A stretch of 32,000 nt of DNA, from assembly GCF_001457595.1 (NCBI RefSeq), contig NZ_LN831039.1, positions 4,560,001-4,592,000 of the forward strand, written 5' to 3'. The notes under the pieces were generated by a model, which searched no databases, was not told where the DNA came from, and worked only from the letters and a program-made list of their open reading frames with translations. The stretch comes from Mycolicibacterium smegmatis (GTDB taxonomy: Bacteria > Actinomycetota > Actinomycetes > Mycobacteriales > Mycobacteriaceae). The position numbers and the translations under genes were made by a program. Shown piece after piece: positions 30,979 through 32,000 of this stretch (position 1 is the first letter of the stretch; the number at the start of each line of letters is the position of its first letter).

Positions 30979-32000
30979 CGTTTCCCGTCTTGGCTCTGAC
31001 CCCATGCCGCGGTCAGCGCCGCGAGCTCGTCGGACGACAGACCCGACGCCTCCATGGGCGCATGGTGGACATCCTGCGCGGCCGAGCCCTCACCCGCGGC
31101 ATCGATCGCCGCGGCGAGCTCCGACAGAACCGGATGTTCGAACACCATGCGCGCGGTCATCGCCACACCCGCGTCGCGCGCGCGTGCCGCGAGTTGCACC
31201 GCGAGGATGCTGTCACCGCCGAGGGTGAAGAAGTCGTCGTGGCGGCCCACCTGTGTGACGCCCAGCAGCTCGACGAGCATCGCGGCCACGGCACGTTCGG
31301 TGGGCGTGGCCGGCGCCTCGAACGGACCCGACGCCGTGGCGCTCACGCGCGGGCGGGTCAGGGCGGCCGGGGTGAGGTCGTCGACGACGGTGATTGCGGC
31401 GCCGGCGAATTCGTCGGGCAGCGCGGTGCGTACCTGCTCGGCGAACTGCGGGTCCGCGGCGTGAGCTGCGTCGGCCACCACGTATGCGGCCAGCAACGGC
31501 GCCGAGCGGTTCTCCCAGTACCGCGTCGCCGCGGCGGCCACGCCGTCAACGGCCTCCAGCGCGGCCTGCAGCCGCGGTTCACCGGCGGTGACGGGCTCGA
31601 GCCTGCCGTCGGAGGTCCAGCGTGCCCGGTCCCCGGTGCGGTACAGCCGGCCCGCGCCGAAGGGGTTGGGCACGAAGCGTTGTGCGGCAACGCCGTTCGC
31701 GGCTTCAGCCGACGCATCCACAGCGCCGCCTGCGTAGTACACGTCGCCGATCACGCCTATCGCCACCGGCTCGAGCCACTCGTCGAGCACGTAGACGTTG
31801 GTGGCGCCCTCGGTCTGCGGTAGCGCAGGCGGCACCGCGCGGCGGCTCCAGTCCTCGATCAGCAGCGTGCGCTCGTCCGCGTCGATCACCGCGATGTCGC
31901 GCAGCGTCGTGTCGGCGTCGGTCGCGAACGCGTCGATGATCCGGTGCAGCCACCCGATGAGACGTCGCGCGGTCGCGGGCTCGTACAACTCGGTGCGGTA
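30975..32000 (-). CDS. mbtE: Non-ribosomal peptide synthetase MbtE, C-terminal part (5' end beyond window)
   Basis: Ends with C-domain tail, truncated A-like region and PCP ([16 protein letters not shown]). ATGA overlap with mbtF. The frame remains open at 32000 ([13 protein letters not shown]...). Confidence 0.88.
   Translation of the reverse strand, partial: YRTELYEPATARRLIGWLHRIIDAFATDADTTLRDIAVIDADERTLLIEDWSRRAVPPALPQTEGATNVYVLDEWLEPVAIGVIGDVYYAGGAVDASAEAANGVAAQRFVPNPFGAGRLYRTGDRARWTSDGRLEPVTAGEPRLQAALEAVDGVAAAATRYWENRSAPLLAAYVVADAAHAADPQFAEQVRTALPDEFAGAAITVVDDLTPAALTRPRVSATASGPFEAPATPTERAVAAMLVELLGVTQVGRHDDFFTLGGDSILAVQLAARARDAGVAMTARMVFEHPVLSELAAAIDAAGEGSAAQDVHHAPMEASGLSSDELAALTAAWGQSQDGKR
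31098..31313 (-). other. Peptidyl-carrier-protein domain at the MbtE C-terminus
   Basis: [70 protein letters not shown], with canonical GGDS phosphopantetheine site. Confidence 0.88.
31346..31840 (-). other. Collapsed, probably non-catalytic adenylation-domain remnant in MbtE
   Basis: C-domain tail ...[29 protein letters not shown] runs straight into the late A-domain portion [63 protein letters not shown]; the A1-A5 core is absent. Confidence 0.75.

Noticed and set aside
27343-30999. 1218-aa plus-strand ORF antisense to mbtF
   Set aside because: High-GC shadow frame of a clear NRPS; Arg/His/Gly/Gln-rich translation with no domain signal.

Overview
This 32 kb window reads as a high-GC actinobacterial chromosome segment. 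Gene order and protein sequences point to a rapidly growing Mycobacterium/Mycolicibacterium, M. smegmatis-like; the taxon is inferred because no search was run. Most of it is conserved core genome. In order it carries: an alpha/beta-hydrolase plus class III adenylate cyclase (cut by the left edge), tRNA-Asn, two small ORFs, dnaG, dgt, a TPM-domain membrane protein, an IS630-family insertion, glyS, smtB-zur, a Nudix hydrolase, a small hypothetical, uppS, recO, an amidase, era, a cytidine-deaminase-like protein, a CorC/CBS protein, ybeY, a phoH-like gene, a tiny exported protein, dctA-like, rsmE, dnaJ2, hrcA, a conserved hypothetical, and the 3' part of the mycobactin cluster (mbtH, mbtG, mbtF and the end of mbtE). 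I found no CRISPR, prophage or convincing new defence system. The observations most worth a second look are: (1) a 127-bp nested imperfect palindrome beside the IS630 copy, with a 13-bp tandem repeat abutting the insertion; (2) a transposase stop codon completed by the TA target duplication and the host flank; (3) a cytidine-deaminase-like protein with no cysteine, so probably a pseudoenzyme; (4) a collapsed adenylation domain in the MbtE C-terminus and a degraded epimerase/condensation-like domain ending MbtF; (5) stacked operator and leaderless-promoter candidates at smtB and dnaG.
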